Assembly (NCBI GenBank): GCA_964016885.1
Contig: OZ024751.1
Location: 7,502,001-7,566,000, forward strand
Reading direction: 5' to 3'
Source of the DNA: Eledone cirrhosa
Taxonomy: Eukaryota
DNA length: 64,000 bases
The notes beneath the pieces are model-generated. The model did not search any database. It was given only the letters and a program-made list of their open reading frames with translations, and was not told the DNA's origin. Shown here piece after piece: positions 12,945-26,983 of the stretch. A program made the position numbers and the translations under genes. The stretch's first letter is position 1. Each line of letters begins with the position of its first letter.

Positions 12945-13015
12945 AAAATGAAACGAAATTTCATTTCTCACTCTTAGTACAGCTGTTACTTAAACGTAAG
13001 TATGTATACGTACAT
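12945..13015. repeat. Dispersed repeat, unclassified (inverted copy at 7043-7108)
   Basis: aaatgaaacgaaatttcatttctcactcttagtac...acttaaacgtaagtatgta is reverse-complemented at 7043-7108. Confidence 0.65.
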
Positions 13016-13164
13016 ACATATATGTATACCGACGTACGTTTCCATTTATAGTCCTCGCTGCGCCCGACCGATTATATATGGTCTGTTGGACATGGCAACG
13101 ATAATTAGGGACAGCGACCGCTGGAGAGAACTCGTCCATGGATCTCGGGAATTTTACCCGCCTT

Positions 13165-13203
<39 letters not shown>

Positions 13204-13303
13204 TATATATATATATATATATTACTTTTGGAAGACATTGAGTGCTTTATATCAATTATAAAAATATTTGCTTGTTGTATCCCAACAATTTAAATAGAAA
13301 TTT

Positions 13304-13381
<78 letters not shown>

Positions 13382-13470
13382 CATATATATATATAAATCT
13401 ACATATTGACATATACAAATATATATATATATATGTATACATAAATATAAATATATATAAACATACATAT

Positions 13471-13519
<49 letters not shown>

Positions 13520-13715
13520 ATATATATATGTGGATGTATATATGTATATACATACATATATATAAATATATATATATATGTATATATATAATATGTAAGA
13601 TTATATTTATTAATATTTATGTATACATATTATTATATATATTTGGATGTATATATATATATATGGATGTATATATATATATATATATATATATGGATGT
13701 ATATATATATATATG

Positions 13716-13746
<31 letters not shown>

Positions 13747-13751
13747 GGATG

Positions 13752-13785
<34 letters not shown>

Positions 13786-13828
13786 CATATATGTATATAT
13801 ATATATATACATGTATATATATATAAAT

Positions 13829-13882
<54 letters not shown>

Positions 13883-14073
13883 ACATACATATATATATAA
13901 ATATACATATTGACATATACAAATATATATATATATATTTGTATATATAAATATGAATATATATATAAACATACATATTATATATAAGCATATATATATA
14001 CATATATATGTATATATAAATATAAATATATATATAAACATACATATTATATATAAGCATATATATATACATA

Positions 14074-14152
<79 letters not shown>

Positions 14153-14280
14153 GCTTATATATAATATGTATGTTTATATATATATTTATATTTATATATA
14201 CAAATATATATATATATATTTGTATATGTCAATATGTATATTTATATATATATGTATGTATACATATATATATATATTTT

Positions 14281-15557
14281 GAGAGCCTTGGGAGAGGGTT
14301 CCAACACTGATGTTATCTACCTTAATTTCAGCAAGGCCTTTGACAGGGTTGATCATAACATTCTACTGAGAAAGCTGTCCAATATTGGTGTCACTGGAAA
14401 GCTGCTGCAGTGGATCAAGAGCTTCCTGTCAAACAGAACCCAACATGTTGTAGTTGAGGGAGTCAAATCAAGCGCAGCCAAAGTCAGTAGTGGGGTCCCA
14501 CAAGGCACTCTGTTGGGCCCACTTCTCTTCATCATCTATATTAATGACATCACTGACATCATCAAATACAGCAACATTAAAATTTTCGCTGATGATTCCA
14601 AGCTCCAAAAGGTCATCAATGGCGTGGATGACCGGATAAGCCTTCAGTCAGACCTACTGGCTGTTACCCAATGGGCAGAAAAGAACAACATGTTACTGAA
14701 CGAAGACAAATTCGAACTGATCCACTTTGGAAAAGAGGATGCTCTGAAACTCCCGTACTCCCTTCCCTCCGGGGAAACTCTCGTGGCATCTAACAACATC
14801 AGAGACTTGGGAGTAACCGTGGACAGCAACATAAGCTGGACCACGCATATAAGCAGCAAAGTTGACATGGCCCGCAGAATGTGTTCCTAGATCCTCAGAA
14901 CCTTCCAGTCGAGAGATTCCCGCACCATTATCCTTCTCTTCTCTACTTTCGCCCGACCACACCTTGAATACTGTTGTCCACTGTGGTCTCCCCACATGAA
15001 ACAAAGTATCATGAAACTTGAAGCTCCTCAAAGGGCAATCACGAAAAAGATAGATGGCATGTCAGACCTTGACTACTGGGGTCGATTAGAAAACCTGAAA
15101 CTTTACTCACTCCAACGTCGCCGTGAGCGTTATATTATCTGCATGATGTGGAAAATGTTCCATCATCACTGCCCAAATGATGTTGGCATCGCCTTCAAGA
15201 TACACCCAAGGCTTGGGCCCCGTGCTATCCGTCCCATTCAAAAATCTAAATCGCAACTCATAACAACAATACGGCACAATTATTTCACCTCAATCGGCCC
15301 TGCTCTCTTCAACATAACACCAGGACACATCAAAACAGAACTGACCACACAAAATTCAAGAAGTCTTTGGACAAATTCCTCCAAGTAATCCCGGACAAAC
15401 CACCCACACCCGGATATATCTCCGCAAACAGTAATTCTCTTCTCGAATGGGCCATGGTGCCCAAATCCTGAATTGAAAGACTTCGCCAGGTGGTGCTATT
15501 AAGTTAGACATAGCCTGGGCCAATACTGGCCAAAACATTTCAAAGTTATTCAAAGTT
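14281..15557 (+). pseudogene. 5'-truncated CR1/L2-group LINE reverse transcriptase
   Basis: DVIYLNFSKAFDRVDH, SGVPQGTLLGPLLFIIYIND, FADDSKL, RDLGVTVD, RPHLEYC..WSP, LYSLQRRRER. Premature TAG at 14888-14890. Ends in a (ttcaaagtta)2 tail. Confidence 0.92.
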
Positions 15558-15651
15558 ATATATATATATATTTATATATATATACATGTATATATATATA
15601 TATATATATACATATATGTATATATATATACATATATATATATATACATCC

Positions 15652-15682
<31 letters not shown>

Positions 15683-15735
15683 CATATATATATATATACA
15701 TCCATATATATATATATATACATCCAGATATATAT

Positions 15736-15919
15736 AATTGTTTCTACTTTAGGCACAAGGCCAGCAATTACCCAGTGCATTACTGGTACTTTATTTTATC
15801 GACCCCATAAGGATGAAAGACAAAGTCAACCTCGGCGGGATTTGAAATCAGATCGTAAAGGGGCGTAACTATGCTGGAAAGCATGGCGTCCGACCCTCTA
15901 CCGATACTGCCAATCCACC
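15736..15919 (-). mobile_element. tRNA-derived SINE
   Basis: Near full-length reverse complement of 45884-46072. Present in only one arm of the inverted duplication. Confidence 0.88.
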
Positions 15920-16044
15920 AAATATATATAATAATATGTATACATAAATATTAATAAATATAATCTTACATATTATATATATACATATATATATATATAA
16001 ATATATATGTATGTATATACATATATACATCCACATATATATAT

Positions 16045-16091
<47 letters not shown>

Positions 16092-16192
16092 ATATGTATG
16101 TTTATATATATTTATATTTATGTATACATATATATATATATTTGTATATGTCAATATGTAGATTTATATATATATATATGTATGTATGTATG

Positions 16193-16264
<72 letters not shown>

Positions 16265-16401
16265 AAATTTCTATTTAAATTGTTGGGATACAACAAGCAA
16301 ATATTTTTATAATTGATATAAAGCACTCAATGTCTTCCAAAAGTAACGGTCGCATTTTGAAAGGGTACGTCAATGTTTATTTATAAAACTGGTATATATT
16401 G

Positions 16402-16466
16402 TATTTTGTCTGATGAAGGCATACCATAATTTAACATGGTATCCTTGAAATATGTATAATGAAATA
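16402..16466 (+). ncRNA. Type I hammerhead ribozyme, family A (element 16261-16507)
   Basis: TATTTTGT CTGATGA AGGCATACCAT...ATGGTATCCTT GAAA TATGTA TA ATGAAATA. Flanks match 12340-12514. Confidence 0.72.
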
Positions 16467-16505
16467 AATATGGTTTTATAAATATAGTTTCCATTTATTA
16501 ATATC

Positions 16506-16577
<72 letters not shown>

Positions 16578-16590
16578 GTATATATATATT

Positions 16591-16623
<33 letters not shown>

Positions 16624-18206
16624 GTATATATATATATATTTATTTTTATTTTTTTTTTATATAAGCTATAATGCCAAATTGTTCCTGCACATATGTATAT
16701 CTGTTTAAACAGAAAATCATGTATCAAACGATTTTTTGTCTCGCGAGAATATATTACATTCAATTGTTATATTAAATAATAGAATTGGTAATGATAATAA
16801 CAACAAGAATGAGAATAAGAATAACATCAGCAACAATAACAAAAGAAGCAAACCATGTTTTACATGATAATGTGCATGCTCATTTCCATGGGAAGTGCAT
16901 TGAAATTAAATCAAGAAGACATATATTAAGTTTATGTCTTCACAAAAAAAAAAAATCATGAATGAACCAAAGTATTGATGTAGGCATTTATATGTATATA
17001 TTGAACGTTAGATACAATACAGGAATCATATGAGGAAATTATTTGCGATATTGTTTAGAAGACAATATGAATTTTGTTGGAATTTAATAGGATTTTTTTT
17101 TTTGTTTTATTTCAGTAAATAATATATAAAATCATGTGAAGGAATTCATAGGGTTAGTGGTTCAAGGCATTCTATCTTTTCATGCATGGTTCAATATAAT
17201 ATTTCCTACCTCTGATTATTTTAAAATAAATTGCAGGAATCTGAACCGCCGAAAATTGAATCTCCCATATTGCAATACATTTGTCGGTGCATTTAACGTA
17301 AAACTTAATAGCTAGTATGTTAGATGTACTCTAGACAGCTCTGTATATGTGCTACAATGTGTTATTCTTAATGGAAATATTGTTTTCACTTTTTTTACTA
17401 TTTTGGAGAAAACAGAATATAACCATTCATTAGACTGAAGAAATAAATATGTATATATTACATGAAATAACGAATACTTCTTACATCCATATCAATTTAC
17501 TACACCAGGAACAATCTTAATTAAATATTGAAGGCCCCATAACTTCATACCTATTTACTTTAAGAATATAAAGTGAATTGATGAGATCAATAAGAGCGTT
17601 GTTGAGAATTCATATAATTGATATGCCTTAGTCCAACGTTAACATTATAGAGGAGTTCAATGACAGGTGTCACATATGTCATACGATATGTTTTGCCCAT
17701 CTAAGATTACATAGTCGAATAAGTTATAACTTTGAAGGGACTATAATTTGATTTGAGAACGACGTAGGTGTTAGACCTTGTTGTACGTCAGCACCTTTCA
17801 TATGGACATTATATTTTGCTTATTCGACTTCTGTACTTCCAGAAATGTGCAGATCACTGCTCAGTAATTTCATTCACTAATTAAAACCCAGCCAAAATCG
17901 TATCCCCCCACCCCGTCATTTAAAATGTGAGATCTGAAATAAAGTTCGTAGATATATTTGAGTACATTTTCGATTGTACTAAGTCAAGTTTGATCTCCGA
18001 GACACACGAACAGCATCAAAACACGTTTAGGCTTTTCATATTATTCCATATTAGTTGTACTATGAATTCTGAAAACTAGATGGAAACGATAAAGATGAAG
18101 GATGTTTGTTCATGTTTGCTTGCACTATGAATGATAGGCAGCTAAACACCAACCTTAATATGAACAACGTTTACATAGATATAACATATATATTTATATA
18201 TATATA

Positions 18207-18379
18207 GGGAAATGTACAAGACCCCGACGGCAGAGCTCACGCCGTTTTGACGGCTATTTCTGGACTCAGAGCTCTGTCGTCAGAGTCTTGAACATTTTCC
18301 TATTACCCACTCTACTACCCTAAGTATTGAGTATTCTGGGGCGTTTTGGTCCACCTGGTTCCTTTCCACACTTCCTTCG

Positions 18380-18382
<3 letters not shown>
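18207..18382 (+). mobile_element. TA-embedded fold-back element, family B
   Basis: Shares tcctattacccactctactaccctaagtattgagta...ggtccacctggttcc...ccttcgtta with 44316-44468, 26984-27185(-), 58483-58692(-) and partly 26916-26947. Confidence 0.8.
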
Positions 18383-18449
<67 letters not shown>

Positions 18450-18637
18450 TGTGCAATGTAAATTATGTAAGGTAATAAAACAAATTATATTAAATGAGAT
18501 AATGAAAAATATGATGTTTCTGAAACATTCATAAAACAAGCAATACATTAATATGTGAATATCCTACGCAAATATTACAAATCAAATGTAAGCAATCTCG
18601 ACAAGACATTAATGTTCATTTAGTAAACTCTCAGTAA

Positions 18638-19052
18638 TGAGAAGGAGCTTCGACGCAGCCAGCATCCAGTCAAAACTGGAGCAAGTAGCTCTGGACCATA
18701 TCAACGGCAAGGGCACAGAAAGAGGTTAATTACTCATCTGGGACGCAGAATAATGTGACAGGTTCTCCGCCTCCAATTTCGTCGCATATGTCACAAATCC
18801 CGGTACCGGAACTCGTAATGCAGGTGACAGGAAGACAAGCGATTACCGGAGCGTGTCCGGGCGCATTCTCTTTGCACAGGTCACCGTTGAGACCTCAGGC
18901 ATCATAAGATCCCGGACATTCTACCTCCCTAAAATTGGATCATTAGCTGCCCGTCTGAGGAAGGAGCCCTGATAGGTGGGGGTGACTGTTGCATCGTGTG
19001 TCGCTGGCCATTGTCCGCGGAAATTCCCTTGCCATTTTATCCACAGGGTGTA
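18638..19052 (+). pseudogene. CRE-like non-LTR retrotransposon, restriction-like endonuclease C-terminus (decayed)
   Basis: Joined across frameshifts: RRSFDAASIQSKLEQVALDHINGK..LIWDA..DRFSASN..RKTSDYRSVSGRILFAQVTVETSGI..LLHRVSLAIVRGNSLAILST. Matches the CRE-type WDAT / PIAVETxG / QRISLAIxRGN motifs. Confidence 0.75.
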
Positions 19053-19335
19053 GTGTTTGTCACTCTCTACCCTCCTCCCTTTCTATCTTCTTTTCTGTAG
19101 TAGTCCGTGCTCTTCCCATCCTCAAATCATGGTATTTATAGTCCATTCCAATGCTGCTCTCTTTTTCTGTATGCTTAATGAAAAAAGTTTAATTCTATAT
19201 ATATTTATATAAATCAGATTTTATTCGTGAAAAACCATTGTATGTGAGTGAATGTACCGTTCACATTCAACACACAATAGTAGTCGTAGTAGTGTCGGTG
19301 GTGCTTGTAGTTACTTTGTTAGTGGTGGTTGTATT

Positions 19336-19418
<83 letters not shown>

Positions 19419-20654
19419 CTCTCTCCCAGTCTCTCCCTCTCTCTCTGTTTCTCTCTCTTTGTGTGTGTGTGTATATGTGTATGTGTGTGTGTGAACGTGT
19501 GTATGTGTGTGTGTGTGTATAAATATCTGAGTCTTTCAGCGTGCGTTTCTGAATTTTTGTCGCTGATCATATAGTCATTAATGCAGAAGGATAAGAATGC
19601 AAAGGAAAACTGAACTTACAAAGAATCTGTAACATACCATTTTCCGATGAAATTCCGTCTTATTGGATATGAAAAGACATTGGAAGAAATAAGATTAGAT
19701 TCCTCTTACTCGCATTAATTCAACAAAAAAAGGGAACACATTTCTAAAACTATTGCATGATAATATCAACGAGATAATGCGAGATGTATACACACAATAC
19801 ATAATTCTTAGCTGCTTTCTTTTTCTTTTCTCGAAAGTGAAATGAAGATTATATATAGATTATATGTAGTATTTCTACTTCGTTGGATTACACGTAATCC
19901 GAAGCTCGTGAATATTGAAACACATATTTAAAATATATTGTAGAAAGGAGAGTATATACAATTCAAAAGTATGTAATATCCGATGTTTGCAAAATATCTA
20001 GAAAGCAAAAGTGAAAAAAAATATATATAATGTCTATATGGTATTTTTAGAATTAAATTCAATATTTGACGAAAAGATAATATACTAAATGGAAACATAT
20101 AGGAATTAAAAGTTCATTTGCCAATAATATGAACATACATTCATTCAAAGATTACACAGAAGAAAATACTATAACCAAAAGATTATTTCTTTCAATGTTT
20201 ATAATAGAAAAACTAAGTATTACTTACTATACTAGGCACCAGTAATGGATATATAGGTGGTAGACGATGATTAACTATTATTCATAAGATAAATATCATT
20301 TATTTTACTTAAGTGCATGTTACATATTAGTGATACTAGCGAAATGTGTTAGTTTCGGTATGTATGGGAGAATTTAGTTAATCTTTCCACTATATATGAT
20401 AGAAAATGTGGTGTGGTGAGATGTTAATAATAGGAAATATAATGTGTTTTAAGTTAACATTTCATCTATAAGATGATGTCAAGAAACTAGTTTATTACAG
20501 ACACAATCCACTTTGTTATTCCCGACTTACAGGTAAGCGTATTATAGCGTTCACATTTTACATATGTCTCACGTAACATAAATAATACATCTAATTAAAC
20601 ACTCCTTACATATTTCACATGCACATAGAGTTAAACGAACAGACACACACACGT

Positions 20655-20716
<62 letters not shown>

Positions 20717-20718
<2 letters not shown>

Positions 20719-22185
20719 GTAAATCGCTTCGACTTACGCCACCCTTCCAACGGCATAACATCACACGGGACGAACTCCTCGCTCTCCGCTCCCTCCGTAG
20801 CCGAGATGATATCCTCATAAAAAAGGTGGACAAGGGAGGCGCCGTGGTGGTGTGGCGCGCTGACCCCTACACGGCCGAAGCCTTCAGGCAGCTCCGTAAC
20901 CCCTCTTCTACCGCCCTCTACCCTCCGACCCCACACGCCTCTACCAACAACAAGTTTCCTCCACCATCCGGGATATTCGTCTCGGTGGGAGTTCCCCCAT
21001 CGCCCACCACTTTGGCTCCCCTGGACATTCCGCCCACCACCTCACAGTCTGTGGCCTACACCAATGCCATGGAACACTCGCCACCCGCTTCACGGTCGAA
21101 CAATACTCCATCTTCACGCCACAGACCAACAAACCCCCCGGCATGAACTCCCCACCCCTATTCCTTTAGCCTTCAACCGCCCACTTTTCCCCCACACACA
21201 TCCCCCACTAACACCACTAACACACTCCTCCATTTAATCGCCCCACCCCCTTGGCCCACCACAAACTAATAATACTATCTTTCACACCTACACATCCTCT
21301 CCCCTGTCTACCGCGCCTCCGCACACACAGACACACATTCCTCACCACATACATACCATATCTCCTCCTATCATCCTCCTCTACTGCTATCTCTTCACCC
21401 TGCCTTGACCCTCTGACCAGTTCCTGTTGTGCGCGCACTCCACATCTCTCCACTTGCGACCACCACCACTAATGAATTCCACACCACCGGTCATCGTTCC
21501 AGCTATCCACTCTATAACATGAGACATATTCAACATCCTATCACACACATCCACGGAACTACCTTAGGAACTTACCCACGAACAAACGCTCACATTTTCT
21601 TTTCGAACCACGCCACCTACATCCACACCACGTATAAACACAGACACATACGTGCGTATCCCCACATATACACACTCAGCCTCGGAATCCACCCCCCTTA
21701 CCCCTCTCCATCCACACGCACGCACATACAGACTTACACCCCACCTCACGCACACACCTTTTCCTGAACATGGAACCTCGTTCTTCCCCCAACTCTCACA
21801 TTCACATACACACGCACACACACACGTACACAAACACCACCTACAACCCTCCCGCTTGGAGATCCACCTCCCTCTCCCAACTCCTCCCGCCACCACTTCT
21901 ACACGCCTCACACCCGTCCACCACTTGTTTATTTTTATGTTTATTTTTATTCGCAATTTGGTCAATCGTTTAACCTCCCTTCTACCCCCCCCCACCCTTT
22001 TTCTCTAAATGTCTTTCCCCCACTCCCCCACACCCCCTCGGAACTCTCTTCCTGCCCACTTTTCTCCTGATGAAGGGCTTATACCCGAAGAGCCGTTCCC
22101 CACCCATCCCACTCTCAAAAGTGTGAACCTAATAAACTCATATTTGTACTGCCTCTCTGTTTTTGTTCCCGTCAAAGATTTAACT
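20717..22185 (+). mobile_element. Internally deleted PLE: RT N-terminus joined to GIY-YIG C-terminus, CA-rich 3' UTR
   Basis: NITRDELLALRSLRSRDDILIKKVDKGGAVVVW..Y.AEAFRQL, then SPIAHHFGSPGHSAHHLTVCGLHQCHG...EQYSIF...PPGMN. Degenerate HHR CTGATGA AGGG-CTTATA-CCC GAAG at ~22067-22090. Confidence 0.8.
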
Positions 22186-22196
22186 TTATATATATA

Positions 22197-23014
22197 TCAA
22201 CTAGAAATTGATTGACATATATATAAAATAAACATATGAAACAATCACAGGGAATCATTTGTTACGAGTGTAAGGACACACAACTAGGTAACTAAATCTT
22301 CAAATATAGATACCTTTTTAAATGATTAATCTCCTTTGTATATATTTCATTAAATATATTTCAACATATGTTTATTTTATATATATATATGTCAATCAAT
22401 TTCTAGTTGAGTTATAAAATGCTCGGATCTATTCATTGGAATCTTTGAGCTTATTCTGCAGTGGATATGGCGCATGTCTCTCAGACATGACACCCTTAAT
22501 TTAATTTTGGTCCCTTAATTGTAGAGCTAACTCAGTTGCATGGACTCGGCTGCTATTTCTAGCTGTCGATAATCCTATTCACACCACTGGGATGACGCTG
22601 TGCGATGTGTGTATTTTTAAAAAAATGAAGCACGTGGTACGAGTAATTCACAGATTTGCATTTGCTGTGTAAACACAGATAGTTGGATCTTCTCCATTGC
22701 TGAACATCCGTTTTTGACTACCGTGATTTACCGATTAATGGTGAAATATATTTTATGAAATATATACAATGGAGATTAATCATTTTAAAAGGTATCTATA
22801 TTTCAAGTTCTAGTTAAACTTTAATTACTTACCTACCTAGCTGTGTGCATTATTCCCTGTGATTGTTTCATATGTTTATTTTATAAATATATATATGTCA
22901 ATCAATTTCTAGTTGATATATACAATGCTCGGATCTATTCATTGGAATCTTTGAGCTTATTCTGCAGTGGATATGGCGCATGTCTCTCAGACATGACACC
23001 CTTAATTTAATTTT
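22197..23014 (+). mobile_element. Non-coding pLTR-like element with 5' inversion, tandem duplication and degenerate HHR
   Basis: 22197-22350 is inverted relative to 22755-22917. 22365-22508 is repeated at 22869-23014. TCTCCATTG CTGAACA...GAAA TATA TA CAATGGAGA at 22691-22775 has a perfect 9-bp stem I. Confidence 0.65.
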
Positions 23015-23499
23015 GTATATATATATATAGAGAGAGAGAGAGCGATATGGGGGGGGGGGGCGAGAGAGAGATTGAAAGCTGGCGAGAGAATGTGAGCAAG
23101 AATGTGACAGATTTCCGTGAACATCGGAGAAAACCTTCTTCAAATAATTATTGAAGAAGAGACGGTGGTCTAGTCTTATTACCGATTAACATTTCTTTCA
23201 CTATTCTGTTTACTTGAAACAATAAATTTCTTTCGAGAAGCAATATATAATAAAATTTACATGTCTGTATTAGTAGTCGTTGTTAATATCGGTTTATTGT
23301 TGGTTTGAATCATATGGTAGATATTGTCTATGTTTCAATCTCTGTAAATCGACCGTTTTTTTTTCTATCCGACCTCTTCGGTATACTTTCCATCAACGAG
23401 TACTAATCGATGTTAGTTTTCCACTAGGATCTACTATATATACACCGAAACTTCTGCCATATGTCACAATTATTATATTTTCAACACTCTTAGTATGTA

Positions 23500-23701
23500 A
23501 TGGTTTCTGATTTAAGCACAAGGAGAAGAATTTTGGGGGAGAGTAAAGTAAATGAAATCAACACCAGTGCATTACTGGTACTTTATTTCATCATGGCAAA
23601 GCTAACCTCGGTGGGATTTGAACTCAAAGCCTAAAGGGTCGTAACAATATGCCGCAAAGCATATTGTCCGACGCTCTACCAATATTGCCAATCCACCGCC
23701 C
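23500..23701 (-). mobile_element. tRNA-derived SINE
   Basis: cattactggtactttatt...aacctcggtgggatttgaactca...gccaatccaccgcc. Confidence 0.8.
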
Positions 23702-24304
23702 TACCCTTTCTATTAAATGAAGCTTAATATTAGATAATTTACTTATTAACAATTAATTATGTTATAGAATTCTGTAATGATATGTGCCATATACCATTTT
23801 AAAATGTAAAGATTACCTCAGATAATTCAAAATCAAGAGAGTCGTTTTATGTTCAACATTCGATAGTTTGTGTTATTAAAATGAAGAGAACCTCATAGAA
23901 TCCAATGCTAACGTAATACATGTAAACCGATTTTGTTCTTTAGAAAGTAAAATAATCTTTTTTTTATATAAATGTTTGAAAATAAAGCATTGAATCAAAT
24001 GAAGGTTCATATAAGCAGTAAATCGCTTGCTTTCTAAAGCAAGATAATCATGTGAATTTATATTATTTGACATACAATAAATGATATTATTGACGTTCCG
24101 ATACAATCCACATTTGATAAACCACGTAAAAATCTTCATTGTAAGGTTGTTAAATTATTTAGATTTTATAGTTTTTTTTTAATGATTGAAGGGAATGAGT
24201 GTCAACAATTGAGCTAAGCGATAAACATACATGTAATAGTTTAAGTTTGTGCACTACTGTACATACAACATATTCTATCCATGACATCTGAGGTAGTTGG
24301 AAGT

Positions 24305-24630
24305 CTCCTACTCATGTCATACTTACAACAGAGCTTCCAATGAACCAATCTGGTAACGTTGTCATGCCTTCTATTGTACTCATTCTTAGCAATAATTTGC
24401 ATTCACTAATAATGTGGTTTATAGTTTCACCTTTATCACCACACAGCGTACATTGTAAGGAATTAACTGGCTTGTCAACATTTAACTTCTTCTCAATGCC
24501 TGTTAATGGACTGAAAAATATGGGCATCTGTTTCAACTTTTAATTCACTTTTCGTAGTCCATTTCCAGTTCCTTTCTACTAATGAGACATCATATTACAT
24601 CATCTCGTGATAAATAACTGACCATGTCAC
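24305..24630 (-). pseudogene. R4/Dong-like (RLE) non-LTR fragment with CCHC knuckle
   Basis: Joined across frameshifts: HGQ...WKWTTKSELKVETDA...CTLCGDKGETINHIISECK...EYNRRHDNVTRLVHWKLCCKYD. Confidence 0.8.
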
Positions 24631-24849
24631 TTTTGGTGCGTAGAGCTCCTTGTAGTGTCATACGGTATCTGGTCTTTCAATGAAGCTCCTTGAGTTCATG
24701 ATAACTCCATTCTATCACATCAGGGATATACCGTAGAGCTGCAAAATCCATGTGTTGATAGCCTGTATCTTATTCCCACTACTTAGCTTCATCTTTAACA
24801 ACACTTTCACTCTCCGTTTATATTCCTTCTTATATTGTTAATGGTGTCT

Positions 24850-25345
24850 GATTTATGCACAAGGTCAGCAATTTTGGGGGAGGAGGAAAATTGATAAAAT
24901 CGACCCCAGTGCTTGACCGGTATTTTATTTTATCGACTCCGTAAGAATGAAAGGCAAAGCTAATTTCGATGGGAATTGAACTCAGAACTTATAGCGCCAT
25001 GTTAACTTTGCCATTCTCCTTACGGGGCCGATAAAATAAAGCACCAGTAATGCACTGGGGTTGATTTTATCGACTTCCCCCGCCACTAAAATTGCTAACC
25101 TTGTGCCTATAGTAGAAATCATTATCATTATTACTCCTTTGTTAGGGCGGTGTTTTGGCAGCATCGGTAGAGAGTCGGACACCATGCTTTGAAGCATAGA
25201 GTTACGTCCCTTTATGATCTGAGTTCAAATCCCGCCGAGGTTAACTTTACCTTTTATCCTTACGCTTACGGGGTCGATAAAATAAAGTACCAGTGATAAA
25301 CTGGATAATTGCTGGTCTTGTGCCAAAAGTACAAACACTTATTAC
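24850..25345. mobile_element. Cluster of three SINEs (24850-24988 -, 25000-25120 +, 25145-25342 +)
   Basis: Each has the ggggtcgataaaataaagtaccagt core. The third has A-box-like and B-box (gagttcaaatccc) motifs and a probable TSD, ttattactccttt. Confidence 0.8.
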
Positions 25346-26273
25346 TCCTTTTTACTGCACACTTTGCATTGCTTGGACGGCTGTACGTTCATAGTTTTAA
25401 TAGACACATATTGTTATAATTTTGGTATAATTATAGAAATATGGCTTCATTGTTTACTCTGCAAACAGAGAACACTCAATAATTCCCCTTAGGAGCCCAA
25501 TCGGAGGCTTAACTACAAAACATCACGTGCCTTTAACAAACAAAGAAGAAAAAGTAGGTTCTCCCGGAGCACATGCAGGATAGAAAGTGTTCGCCCATTA
25601 ATAAATACCATTCTAAATAACAAGCACTGAAAAAAAAAAAAATAAAATAAAATAAAATAAAATAAAATAAAGATAAAAATGTCACCACCATCAACTGTAC
25701 TTTGAATTGAACAAACAACCTTAACACGTCAGAAAAAAAACCCCTAAAAAGACAACTATATACACAAGAGAAAAAAACGAAATCACAACCATTCATACCA
25801 TCTTCTCGCCAACAGCACATATACTGACGGTCGCATGCGAGCGTGTAACACTGCTAGTGCTGTCGCCACTGAGTCTCTTGGGGAAATACGCTACTACTGC
25901 CCTCACAGATACCTTTCACACTACATTGACACCGACCGCCTGATCAGATGGAGAAACTAGAAAAAATATAGATAGAGAGGAAGCACAAACTGTTAGAGTA
26001 TTTATTTATAATGTATGAGAATGTGTGATGAATGATATTTAACAATTAAATAACCATCCGTTTAATAAACTAAACATGGAATGGGTGAATTACTTGGTTA
26101 ATAATGGTTTCTGAATAAGGAACAAGGTCTAATACCTGACTAATAGTAAGAGCTAAATGGTAATTAATTGTTGAGTGTGTTTTAATTAGGAGCATGACGC
26201 TTCCAAGTAATAAAAATATGTTTCAACAAACATTTTCACATTAAGGAGCATTCAAAACGAATACAAATATTAA

Positions 26274-26310
<37 letters not shown>

Positions 26311-26316
26311 ATATGA

Positions 26317-26420
<104 letters not shown>

Positions 26421-26635
26421 TGTGTGTGTGTGTGTGTAACAGGCAAACAGAAATAAGAAAGCAAACGACATAGTACAATGAAGAAATATATTAGTTTGCG
26501 AACCGAAGAAATATATTAGTTTGCGTAGGAAAGACGCAGATAATAGAATGAGAGATTAAAGTGTAGAAAGATTGAGGGGATAGAGGGCGGAAAGGGATTT
26601 TTTTTTTTCATAGAAAAACAACAGTCCATTCATGT

Positions 26636-26696
<61 letters not shown>

Positions 26697-26944
26697 TACT
26701 CAAGAAATGAACGTGCAAGTGGGTAAGCATACCACAGACCGTGCACTCATAACGCAGTCAAGAACCAGATATGTTGTGACACAATATGTGACAAGAGTGG
26801 TAAAAAAAAAAAATTAAATTCACCACTTTACGCTGACGAACCGAATACCTTAACTACTAAGAAACACGCTTTTACATATATATGTGTGTGCCTCTGTATA
26901 TATACAGACGCACACCCGGGGTCTTGAACATTTTCCTATTACCC

Positions 26945-26979
<35 letters not shown>

Positions 26980-26983
26980 TATA

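Larger units (their letters stand above)
13222..16346. repeat. Inverted duplication (13222-~13850 / ~15556-16346) enclosing the CR1 fragment
   Basis: Unique anchors (ttacttttggaagacattgagtgc..., aatctacatattgac, aatatgtaagattatatttattaatatttatg, ggatg units) recur reverse-complemented in the right arm. Confidence 0.85.
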
